A DNA stretch of 64,000 nucleotides, from the NCBI GenBank assembly GCA_028534125.1, contig CM052850.1, positions 26,040,001-26,104,000 on the forward strand, in the 5' to 3' direction. Every line of letters begins with the position of its first letter. Within the stretch, counting starts at the first letter, position 1. This stretch comes from Lama glama (lineage: Eukaryota). A model generated the notes under the pieces. It saw only the letters and a program-made list of their open reading frames with translations, had not been told where the DNA came from and made no database searches. Made by a program: the position numbers and the translations under genes. This document shows positions 31,901-43,900 of the stretch, one piece after another.

Positions 31901-34900
31901 CTTAGCAGGCATGAGGTCCTGGGTTCATCCCCCAGCTCCTCCCCCGCTCCACTGACAGCAAGAAACAGGAAAGGGGGAGAAATCAAAAGCCAACTAACCG
32001 ACGAGCCAGCAGTGATGGCGAACGGGGAACGCCCCGTTCACGAAGGCCCACCGGCCACAGGGAGGGAGCAGGGCATGGACACCCAGCACAGCGGCAGCCC
32101 CGCGGCTGGGCCGTCGGGGGCCCTGGACGCCCCGCGGCCACCTGGCTCCCCAGTCGTGGGCCGTTTCTGCTGAAGGGTCCACTGACGTCTAAGTGTTGGG
32201 GCACAACCCGTGAATCCAGATTCAGAGCTTTCTGCAGACCCCCCGGCCTGACTGTGGGAAGGGCACAGATGGGCTGGGATGGACTCGACCAGAGGAGCTG
32301 CGAGAAGAGGTCGGCCGAGCCCTCCTGTCAGGTCCCGTCAAAGCAGACCATCACCAGGACACTGCCCTGAGGACGAGGCCGTGAGCACGGACGGTGTATC
32401 AGACCGGGGTACCATCCAGGAATGGATGGCCGTGTGGGGTCACTGTCCCGAGCACAGAGGGCACCGGCCCCCGGGGGAACTGGGCACGGACCCCGACGGA
32501 CTCGGTCCTGCCCCCTGCTCCAGACACCGCTTCCCCAACCTCCCATTGAGATTTTTCAACATAGTATGCTGGGCAGGAAGAAAGCAATGAACGCAGTGAC
32601 CATGGAGGGGGCAACTGCCGCCATGAGCGTCAGCACGGCCGCAGCCAGCAGATGGGGGAGGGGCCCCAGGGTAGGTGGCCCCCCCCCAGTGCTCGGCACA
32701 CCCCGGTGCCTGCTCACCGATGCACAGGGCAGGGGGCACGCCCAGGCACAGCAGGTACTGGTACAGCAGAAAGAGCGCCAGGAAGAGGCAGTAGTTGGGC
32801 CAGAGGCGGGCGATGGCCACACGGCGCCGGCGCGTGAGGATGGCCACCAGCCAGCAGCCGTGCAGGATGACCATGAAGTTCATGCGCTGCCCGATCACAG
32901 TCACAGCCATCAGGAAGCAGATCTGGGGGTGGCAGAGTCAGGCAGGAGCTGGGGGGGGTGGCCTAGAATGCCTCTGGCGGGTGTCGTGCATGGGATGGGG
33001 GCCTGCAGCCCAGGCCCCTCTCCTGGAGGGACGGAGAGGCTGGACTTGTCTCTACTGTAGGGGGGGACCATGGTGGTGGGGACCGTGGTGGGGGTTCCAT
33101 GGCAGAGTCAAGACCAACCCTGTCTCCGGCCTGAGCCCCAGCCCCCACCCCAGCCTCTGCAGGCCTCTCCAAGCATGGGCTGACACTCAGCCCAGGAGGA
33201 CCTGGCACCCTCGGTGGTCCCACCCCATCACCACACCCCAGCGGCCCCCTGGGCCTGCTCATCCCAGACGCTCAGCGAAGGCCCCTCGGGGCAGGAAGGA
33301 CCCCAGTGGCTGAGTCTTGTCCGGCGGGGGGGGGGGGTTGGGGGTGGGTAAGGGTCGATGCCCAGTCTCACCTCCAGCCCAAATTTATAGAAGAAGAAGT
33401 TGACGAAGTACTTGAGGCAGCTGGGCAGGTCCCGGTCCAGCTGCTGGCGGGTGCCGTCAGCGCAGACGGCCTGGGCGGGCAGTGGGCCCAGCTGGTGCCA
33501 GCGGCGGTGGTGCTCCTGGCGCCGATAGACCATGGCCTCGAACACCAGCAGCAGCAGGATCTGCAGGTGGTTCTGGGGAGCACGAGCAGTCAGGCCCTGC
33601 CCTGCCCCCTCGCCCCGTGCCCCAGGCACCCGACCACCTCGCCTGCCTGCCCCACGCTCACCTGGATGTAGCCCAGGTTTGGGAAGCCCTTCCGCACCCC
33701 AAACCAGTTGGCAGGGTCAATGGGGCCCCGGTACAGCAGAGAGTCATGGACCTCCGTCTTCTGCAGGTTCGTGCTGTTGGGGAAGGGCTGAGGGAGGGCT
33801 GGCGTCAGCACCTGTTCCCCGCCAGGAACTGGACTCTGCCTCGCTCCCTGTCCCCAGCCACAGCTCGAGGACTGGTCTGGGCCAGAGAATAGCTGTCCCC
33901 AGCCAGGGACGTGAGGTGCTGCCTCCAATCCACCTTAATGGGGAAGGGGACAGGGTATCTGGGGACAGGGAAGCCACCCGCAGGAGCTGGGGGTAGTGAA
34001 GACAAAGTGATGGGTGGGGCTTCCCTGGGCGACCCCCTCCTTCCCCAGGGCTTCCCCTTCTCTCCAGGAGACCTTGGGCCTCTGCGCCCCTCACGCCATG
34101 ACGCGCACGTCCATCAGGGAGCCAGCCAGGTCAGGACACTCCTCTGAACCCGGACGCCCCGGTATTGGGGGTGAGCCCCCGCAGACCAGGTGGAAGGTCA
34201 CCTCCTCCAGGAAGCCCCTGGCCCCAGGGACAGGCCCTCTGCACCTGTCCTCCGCCCTGGGCTGGAGCGGCGGCCCCCAGGGGCGCGGGAGACTCCGTGT
34301 GGCTCAGGCGCCACGAGGCAGCAGCCGTACCTCAGTGCAGTTGCTGGAGTACTCGTGCGGGTTGACGACCTTGAGCTGGTAGAGCATCTTGCACACGATG
34401 ATGACGCAGGTCCACACAGTGGACAGGCAGGAGGCCGTGGGCCGGAAGCGTGGGTAGGGCAGGGCGAAGGCCCAGAGCGCCACCAGCAGGAAGTTCATCA
34501 CTGACACCTGCCGGCAGGCGGGTGGATGGGCTGGGGGCGGGCAGAGTGGCACCCCACCCTCCCCGTGGTGCCTGTGACCTGCAGCCCAGGCTGCAGGGAG
34601 GCCAGCGAGGGTCCCTGAGTGACCCTGCTACAGACAAGGAAGTGCGTGTCCACACTCACCTCCTTCAGGGCCACCCAGACAGTGTACAGTGCGACCAGCT
34701 TTACGACGTGCAGCTCCAGCAGGCGCTGCGTGAACATCTGCACGCGGGCAAGGACGTCTGAGAAGCCGGCGGCCAGGTCCAGCAGCCTCTCTGCCACCAG
34801 GCCCCACTTGCTGGCTGGGGTGGGTTGGGGAGGACAGTGAGGAGGGGGACGGAGTCTCTCAGGGTTCACGGCGGGTGGGGGGGTGTCTGTGTCCCGTACT

Positions 34901-37900
34901 TACCCTCTGGGGCCTGCGAGGCCTGGGAGGGGCCTGCTGTGCCTAGCCCCTCGTCCCTGGGGGCCTCCTCTTCCTCCTGTTGCAGCAGTGGGGTCCCGCT
35001 CACCGCGTCCTGCCTAGGACAGGACCCCAAAGTGTCCTTCCCACCTGCACTTATGGGGTGGCCCCACAGGCCCCTCCCATTCCTGCCCCACCCCCATCTG
35101 TGGGACTCCTGCTGTAGGTGCTGCAGCTGCCCGTGAGCCTGTGGCCCCGTGACCCCTGCGGGTCAGAGAGGACATCCAGCGCCTGAGGCCCCTCATCTGA
35201 AGGCAGCAGCCCAGGCTGTCACCCTGTTCCACGTCCCCCATCCAAATCCCACCAGACAGGGTGTCCTCCGTGCTGGTTCAGGGGAGCGGGGGGGACACCC
35301 TGCAGACCCCCGGCCCCTCAGGAGCGGGGACTGCAGCACGCGCCTCTCCGAGGCGGCGGCGGGCGCACCTGCGGGCCCAGCGCGGGGCGCGGGCGCTGGG
35401 CGGGGGGCGGCGCTCCAGGTCGGTGAGGCGCATGAAGGGCCGGTGGAAGTAGTGCAGCTGCAGGATGCAGGCGAGCAGGAAGAAGCCGGGGATGAGGATG
35501 CTGGAGAAGAGCTCCGACACGCTGAACTGCTCCAGGCCCAGGTCCCCCAGCCTGGCGAGGCGAGGGGCAGCGTCAGCATGCGGGGAGCCCCGCCCCGCCG
35601 CCCCGCCCCGCCCCGCCCCGCCCCAGACTCACTGCTCGTCAGTGAGGCCGGTCAGGTTGCGCCAGTAGGCGGGGAAGTCCTGGAACTGGAAGGTGTAGAC
35701 GGCGACCAGCACCAGCATTGTGTAGGCCACCACCAGCCACCAGAAGAGCTGCAGCAGCTTCCGCCACAGGCTGTAGTAGACCTGCCAGACAGGGTGTGAT
35801 GAGGCCGGCCGGCGAGGCCCAGGCCGCCGCACACGGCCCGCACCGCCCGCGCACTGCCCGCGCACCACCCCGCGCCCGCGCACCTGGAAGAGGGTGAGGC
35901 AGAGCAGGAAGAGGAACATGTAGACGATCTTGTAGACGACCAGGCGCCCAGCGAAGCTGACCACGATGAACATGCCAGCGCACACGTAGATCCAGTACTT
36001 GGCGTAGACGCCCCTCACCAGCTCCCCCAGGCTCCGCAGCAGCGCCTGCGTCCGCGCGGGCTCTGCGGGCCAAGCCAGGGGCCGGGGGGTGTGGCTTTGG
36101 GGCCGGGGTGGGGCGCCCGCCCCCCGCCTGCCCCGCCCCCTCACCTGTGTCAGCCACGGTGACCTCCGTCAGCACAGCAGGGGCCCTGGCCCTCCGCAGC
36201 AGCTTCTCCTTCACGAAGCGGCGCAGCAGGAGCCAGAAGGTCAGGGTGCACAGCAGCTGGGGAAGGGGGGCAGTGTCACTGTTGGGCCAGCATCCCCAAC
36301 CCTGGGGGTGGGAAGACCACAGCAGAAGGTGGTCCCCGCCGGCCCCCAAGAGCCAGCCTCCCTGCAGGCAGGAACTCCCCGTCCGGTACACACACGCACA
36401 CAGGCTCACGTGCAAGCACACACGCTTGTCCGCATCAGCTCACGCACACACGGTCACGTCTGCACAGACCCACAGGTGAACGTGGGTTCACATCTGTGCA
36501 CACACAGGTTCACGCGTTTGCACCCGCATTTGCACATACGTGGCTCACACGCCTCTCAGTGAGATACAACCTACTGACCACCGACACGTGACCGGCACGG
36601 TCGTGGGCGTCCAGGGGCAACGACCTGTCTCACTTGGGGACGCAGCAGAGGCACAGGACTCACTGAGACTCGCAGGACGTCAGCGCGACAGGGGACAGCC
36701 CTCCCGACAACACGAGGTCGTCACTGACTCATCCAGCCAAACACTCTGAGTAACCACTCTGGGCTGGCCCCTGGGCACCCCGTGGTGACAGCCAGACATG
36801 GGCCCTGGCCTCTCAGGTGCCCACTCCACTGGGACCTGGACGGTGGACAGGAAGGCATTGTCCCAGGTCCCCAGGCAGGAGCCCAGGGCAGCATTAGCGC
36901 TGTCAGGGTTGGGGCGGACTCACCATGGCGCCGAGGTCCAGGCAGGGGTAGCGGGTGTGCTCCAGCCCCAGCTGGCGCAGGCTGACGGGGCCCAAGGTGG
37001 TGGGCAGCTCAGGCTGCAGGTCCATGGCCCACACGTAGCGCAGGCTGCAGAGCGCCAGCCCATAGAGCAGGATGAATGGGGAGCAGAGCATGGCCAGCTG
37101 GTGGCGGCTGCGCACAGTCCAGATGAGGCAGGCCCAGAGCAGCAGCACGAAGGTCAGCCAGCTGTGGTAGGTGATGCTCCACACCTGGATGGCAGGGTGG
37201 GGGCAGGGCTGCACAGGACATCTGGCCCGGCACCCAGACCCACTCCCACAGGCCAACTAGCTGGCAGGTCCTGGGGTGCGGGGTGCTCAGACGGGAAAGC
37301 AAACATACCCCGACCACCCAGGGGGGCATCGGCCCAGGACTCACTGACCACATGTGTGCACCCATGCACACACACAGCCAGGGGTGGTGCGTGGCCCAGC
37401 AGGTCACAGCCCCATCCGTTTTTGGTGACAAGGCACCAGGCCACCCCCCACCAGAAGGTGGTGAGAGCCCTGGGGGAGCCCCAGCCAGAGGGGCAGCCAC
37501 TCACCATCATGGCGATGAGGGCGCACACATAGCTCTGGTCCATGATGAGGTGGCCCAGGCCGTGCAGCGGAGATGGCTCTTTGGGCTCAGTTAGCCTAGG
37601 ACGCACTAAGAGGTGGGGGGCAGGGGTCACTAGAAAGGCGGGCCCCCCGCCGGGGAAGCTCCCACATCCATAGGCCCAAGCCCCTCACGCACACCCTAAA
37701 ACACAGACAGGACGCTGGAACCACAGCCCAGTGGGGAGGAGGGAGCCACGCTCAGCAGTTGGTTGGGCATGGGGGATGGCGGCTGGGCGCAGGTGGCGGA
37801 AAACACCAACAAAGGGCCCTGGCCAGTCCTCACCACTCTCCAGGACTTGGTTTCTAAGACTCTGAAGGGACAGGATGGACGAGATGGCCCAGCCCCCGTC

Positions 37901-40900
37901 CCACGTCTGGGGGCACATGCGTCCCCAGGTGCCAGGTCCTGAGGCCAGTGGCCTCACCCCTACTTCATAAGATAGAAACCAAGACAAAAGGAAAAAAAAA
38001 AAAAAAAGGCCCAACCGTGCCCTGGGGACACCGCCTACACAGCTCCCAGGGCCCGAAGCTGCCTGAGGCAGAGCAGTCAAGTCCTCTGGGGAGGGGGTGG
38101 AAGACCTGGAGCCCCCACAGGGTCCCGGGGGCGGTCAGCCACAAGGCTGCGCCGGGGCAGCCCCAGAAGGGCACAGCTGGAGAGGTGGCACTGTGAAACC
38201 ACCAGGGGGCAGCACTACGGCGTGCTCACCGGGGTGCTGCTGGACAGGGCTGTGGCCGGTGAGGTCGTGCACGATGCAGTTGTCCTCGGGGTCCAGCCTC
38301 GTGGGCGGGGGCGCTGTGAGCTGCAGGGGTGAGCCGAGCCCAGTGAGCCCAGCCTGCAGGCAGGTGGGCGCTGGCCCCCCCTCAGCCCGGACGCCTCACC
38401 TGGGTGCCCCCCTCCTCCTGGGCAGCTGCAGCCCTGGCCTGGCCCTGGGGCCACTGGTCCACCTCGGTCAGCTCCACCTCCCGCTCCTCATTGCGCCCGG
38501 CCGCCTCCTGCCTCTGCAGAGAACAGGGGGAAGCTCAGCCCCCAGCCCCGGTCTGAAGGGGGCGGGACAGCAGAGGGCACTGGCCCGGGTGCTGACCTGG
38601 CCTGGCGGCTGGCGTGCACGGAGCTTCAGGAGCGAGGTCACGGTGTAGTAGAGCAGCAGCAGGATGCCGGGGCTCACGTAGACGGGCCAGTCGTGGCTGG
38701 TGTTGAGGACCAGCACATGGGGGCTGGAGCAGTTGGTGGGGGCCACAAAGTCCTTGAGACCGAACACCCTGCCCAGAGAAGGCACGTAAGTGACCACATC
38801 TGAGGTCATGGGGGCCAGGCAGGCAGGCAGGACCAGGGAGACGGTGGCGGGGCCTGTGCAGGCGAGCCCTCACCTGGCCCAGATGCTGGCAGGCGGGAGC
38901 ACGGCCTGGACGAGGGGCGTCTGGTAACAGTAGAGGCAGAGGAGATGGCCGGCACCGAAGCAGCCCACCATGACGCAGAGTGCGCTGAAGCCCAGGGGGC
39001 TGATGGGGAAGTGGCAGGCCCACCAGGTGCAGAGGGCCAGGAAGACCAGGAAGTAGACACTGGAGAAGGCTGAGGGGTGGGCGATGCCTGCAGGGCCAGG
39101 CGGAGGTGCTCATCAGGGTCAGCCTGGCCAGGGCTGCCTGACCGCCGTCCCGCTGGTCAGTGGGGGGCTTGCAGGCTACGAAGACGCCTCCGGATGCAAC
39201 AGCAGTGATGGGGCCCCGGCCCCGCCCAGTGGTACCTGCTAACGCGAGCAGCACGATGGCCAGGGTCCGCCCAGCGGCCACCAGCAGCCAGTGGGCTGTG
39301 ATCCGGAACCGGGCAGCCAGCCAAGACCTCCGCTTGGAGGGCTGATCGGGGGCTTCCTGCAGCCCCCCCATGGAGCTGGTGTCCATGTCCCTGCTGTCAT
39401 CGTCCTGCTGAGGTCATGGGGAGGGCAGGGGTCAGGTACGTGGGGAGGGAGAAGGGCCACCTACCCCTCCACTACACCAGCTGCTGACCCTCTGAGGTCC
39501 TGGGGCCAATGGCCCGAGTGTGGACACCCTCACACAGGTTCGCAGCCCTGGAGGCCTGCCTGGAGGCAGCCCACCGTAATCACAAGACACGCTCCTGACA
39601 AGTCCTTGTGCTGAGATGACTGACCCATGCAGGCCAGCCACAGCCTCTTCCGGAGCCCCTCGAGGGCCTTTACCTCCCCACACGGACCTGGACCTGCGGG
39701 GACAGGGCAGGCCTCCTGCGTCGGTCCCCGGAGCCCCTGGCCTGGCATGGTTTGGTTCCTGAGGGCCCAGGTGGGGATTTTTAGAGAAAAGGAAAGCAGT
39801 GCACGCCCCTCTTTGCACTTGACTACAGTACAGAGCGCCTCTATACCCCTGCCCCTGGTCCCAAGGCACCATCCTCACAAGTACACGGTGGATGCCCCTT
39901 CCCCCCCTGCCTGCAGGGTGAGGGCGGGGACAGACATCCACCAGGGCCTGTTTCCCCGGCCTGACTCAACAGTTTTCCAGAACAAAGCTGTTTCCTGGAA
40001 TCAGGGAGAGCCAGGGCAAGGCACAAAATGGCACTGCATCAGATGCCTTAGGCCCCTATGTCCCATCTGTAAAGCGGGCACTAGGCTGGTGGGTGGCCGA
40101 GGTGGCCAAGGTGGCCCAAGGCATCCAGGCTGAGCGCAGGAGCTCAGGAGCCGGGCAACCTGGTCCCAGCCCACCTCCAAGTCTCCTGCTGTGCAAACTT
40201 AGCCAGCCACTTAACCTCTCTGTTTCCTGCCTGTCAAAAGCAGGCGGGGTGCTGGGAGGCCCCAGGGAGGCATAGAGCCATGCCTGGAAGGAGGGGAGGG
40301 GCAGGACTCCAGGACCCAGGATATCAGAGCAGGTGGTCCAGGCTCCTGGGGTCAGAGAGGTACCCAGGGATTCCCCACCGCATCCTGGAATGCAAGGGGT
40401 GGGGGGCCGGCTGCTGGAAGAGGCCGCAGCCAGGCCTGAGCTCACCCCCGCCCACAGCCTGGCCCCGGCCCTGGGAACGCTTCTGAGCAGCCTGTGGGAA
40501 GTGAGCGTCTCAGGGGAGAAGCAGGCAGCTGCTGGCTGGCAAGACAGGTGCTGGGGGCCGCCCGCCGCGCCCAGCCGGGCCAGGCCCGGCTCCAGCCACG
40601 ATGCAGCACAGCCCACAGGCCGCACCTCACACCCAGCCCAACCGACCTCTCACAGCGGGCACGGACGTGTGCGTCAGGGTCAGGGCGTGTGCGGGCCCCT
40701 GGGCCCCTGCAGCTGGATATATGTGTGGCCCCACCAGGCGCTGCCGTGTGCAGAGGGGCACTGCGGCGGCTCCTGGCTCTGGCCTGTAGCTGGGCACCTG
40801 TGAGGGGCCCTGCTGCCTTGCTCAGAAATCTGTCTGCAGTGGCCGCCCCTCAGCCAGAACCCAGCCCCCGGGAGCCACCAGGGCAGCCCTGTGCTTTAAG

Positions 40901-43900
40901 GGGCAGTAGGCAGTGAGGAGAAGGGGGCAGACCTCCTCCCACCCCACCCCCGGGTTTGGGGAACAAGTCAGGCCCTCCCCAGCAGAGCTGTTCTACTGGT
41001 GAGGAAACCAGAGGTAGCCCTGGCCCATGTGCCCACTGGTGCCCCCAAGCCGTGCAGATGGACGGGGGCTGGCTGAGTCGGGGGTCGCCTCCAGGGCAGG
41101 CAGCAGGGCGGAGCCAGCTACCGCACAACTTCCAGGCCCCTGTACCCCATTCAGAAACGGGGGTGCCAGCTTACCCTGCAGGACTAGGGGGACTGAGCCT
41201 CCCCCTGACCTCTCCAGGGATAGAGGCCCCCATTTCCATAAGCATCGACCGCTGGACAAAGGGACCCTGGGGCTGCAGGCGTGGGCCTGCAGATCCCAGG
41301 CCCCCCCCTCCCCCGCAGGGAGCTCTTGTGCCAGGACCTTGGCAGGTCACAGCTCCCACCCAGCCCTGGAGACAGGGTCCTACTGCACTGAGGCTGAAGC
41401 CAAATATGGGGGACCCAGATCAGGCTGGAAATCACAGCCCTCGTGCAGGGACAGGAGGGCACTGAGCCTTCAACCTCAGACGACAACAAGGGAAGACCCC
41501 AGGGTGGGACCCTCCGGGGACTCTGATTCAGGGCCCTGCTTTATGCCTCCGGGCCTGGACAGTCACAGCCTTGTCCACAAGCCCACAGGTGCCCATCCCC
41601 TGCTGTGGGCGTGGCTTCTCAAACACCTGTCTGTCCATTCATCTGTTTATCTGTCCCTAAGTGCTCTCTGACACAGGCCCAGACCGTCGACCAGCACCAC
41701 TGATTCCCTACTGTCCTGCGGCCCTGAAGAGTCTCCTCTGGGAACAGTCCCTAAGGCACAGACGTGGCCTGGGTCCCTGTGTGTGCGAGGGACATGCTAC
41801 ATTCCAGCACCCCTGCCCCTGCCCCTGCCCCGGGATGGGCTCTCCCCTCATGACGGGCACAGACTCTTGCAACTAAAACATCTGGATTTGTCAAGAAAAA
41901 GACCCTCACCAGCTCCAGGGCGTGCTGGCTCTGCCCGGCCGTCCGCGCGAGGCGCCTGCAGAGGCCGAGGCACAGCGAGGAGACCACCAGGATGCCCAGG
42001 TCGGGGGCCACCAGGCGGACGGCGTTGGGGATGTCCTTCAGGTCCAGCCTGGGAAGGGCAGGGAGAGCCCGTGGGTCAGCTCAGGCGGGTGGGCGCCGGT
42101 GGGGGGCCCCACTCGGGTCTGGGAAGCCTGAGGGAGTCTGGGGTCTCTTACCTCGTGACCCCAATGTGGCGGGAGATGTTGTCCCAGGTGCTGCCTGCAG
42201 AGAGGCCCAGGGGGGCTGGGTCAGGTGGGGGGGACTGAGAAACCGCCCCCCCTTGTCACCAGGAGGCCCTCGGGAGCCCCAAGACTTCGGGGATCCTCAA
42301 AATCACACCTATACTGGGAGGGAAACTGAGGCCCAGGCAGGGAAGGCCAGGTGGATCCAAGGCCCCTTAGTTCTGCCCAGCAGCACAGGTTTCACAGCCT
42401 AGCTGGGTGGCCATGATGGGGCCAGAAGCGGCCTGGGAGGCTCAGCCCAGCTCCCAGACCCATCGGTCAAGACCAGTTGCTTTTTGGGCCCAGGACCAGG
42501 GGGCCCTCGAGTCACCTGCAGGGAAAGCACCACCATCACAGAATCAAAACGGGAAGCTGGGCGGAGCACCCTGCCCACCACGAGCCAGGCAGGGCCTGGA
42601 GGTGGGAGGCCCCACGACGGGGTGGGGATGGGAGTCCAGGGTCCCCACACCTGAAGATCGGGGCGCTGGTGTCAGTGGGGGTGGGGGGGCTCGGTGCCAG
42701 CTGAAGTCTCCATCCATGGGGGAAAGGGTGTGAAGGGTGTCGGGTGCGCAGGGCACCGCGGGCTGCTGGTGCCACCCTGCCTAGAGGCTAAGGCCCAGCA
42801 GGCACAGGAGGAAGATGTGACAGAGCCATGGGAAGACCGGGGCTGCCCTGTGAACTGGCCTCTGGGCTCCGGGATTAGCTTTGTGCCGGTGCTCAGCCCA
42901 GGCCCACGGCCACCCATTGCTGGGCCACAGGCCACCTCAGTGGGACAGAAATCACAGTGGTTCACGCTGGGGAACCCCTGGGTGAGGCAGGGCAGCCCAT
43001 GAAGCTGAGGTGACCTCCCCCAGAGAACGGGAGAACCCCCTGCCCTGACCTCCATTTGCTCAGGAAGGCCACAGCTCTCCCCCAGGCCTGCTGCCCCCCA
43101 GCACCCCGACCCTGGCCCCTTGGTGACTCACAGCTAGGCCCCAGAAGCTGGTCCAGGCGTGGCACGGTGTGCAGGCATATCTGGAAGGTGAGGTGGGCTG
43201 CCAGGAAGAGGAGGCTGAAGCCCAGCAGGGCTTGGAGGAGGCGGCCGGTGTGACCTGCAGGCAGAGAAGGCAGGAGTGAGGCCGGCACGCAGCTGGACCT
43301 GAAGGCAGATGGGGAGGGGGCAGACCCGCCAACAGTCCTGGGCCAGGCTGTGTCCACCAGCCCAAGACACGCACCCAGCACAGCGCCAGGTCCTGGGGGG
43401 CTGTCAGCAGTGAGCTCATGCAGTGCACCCCCCGACACCATCCACTGACCATGCACAGCAGCCCCACGGGCTGGTGCTATCTCCACCACAATTCACAGAC
43501 TGGAAAATGTGCACAGAGAGGTAAAGTGACCTGACTACCGTCACACAGCAGAGAATCAGTGCTTGCCTGCACTGGGATCTTGCCCCTGCCTGGGGTGGAG
43601 GCTGGCAGCGGGGCAGAGCCAGCACAGGAAGGAAAGGGCTCCCCAGGCTAGGGGGCCACCTCCAGATCTGTTCATGTACCCAGCAAGCACATGCTGCTGC
43701 TCAGCCCTGGTAGAAGGCACTGCCTCACCCTCAGCGTGGGCTGGAACCACGCACCGCAATCAGTGGGTGTGTGGGGGTTCCTGACTCTTCAAGGGGTAAG
43801 CCTCCGTCTCCTGGTGGGGTATTGGGAGGCTAACGGCTTCCAACGCATCCATGGAATGAGTCCCTGCAGAAATGTCGGCCCAGCACCCTGTGCCAGGTGC

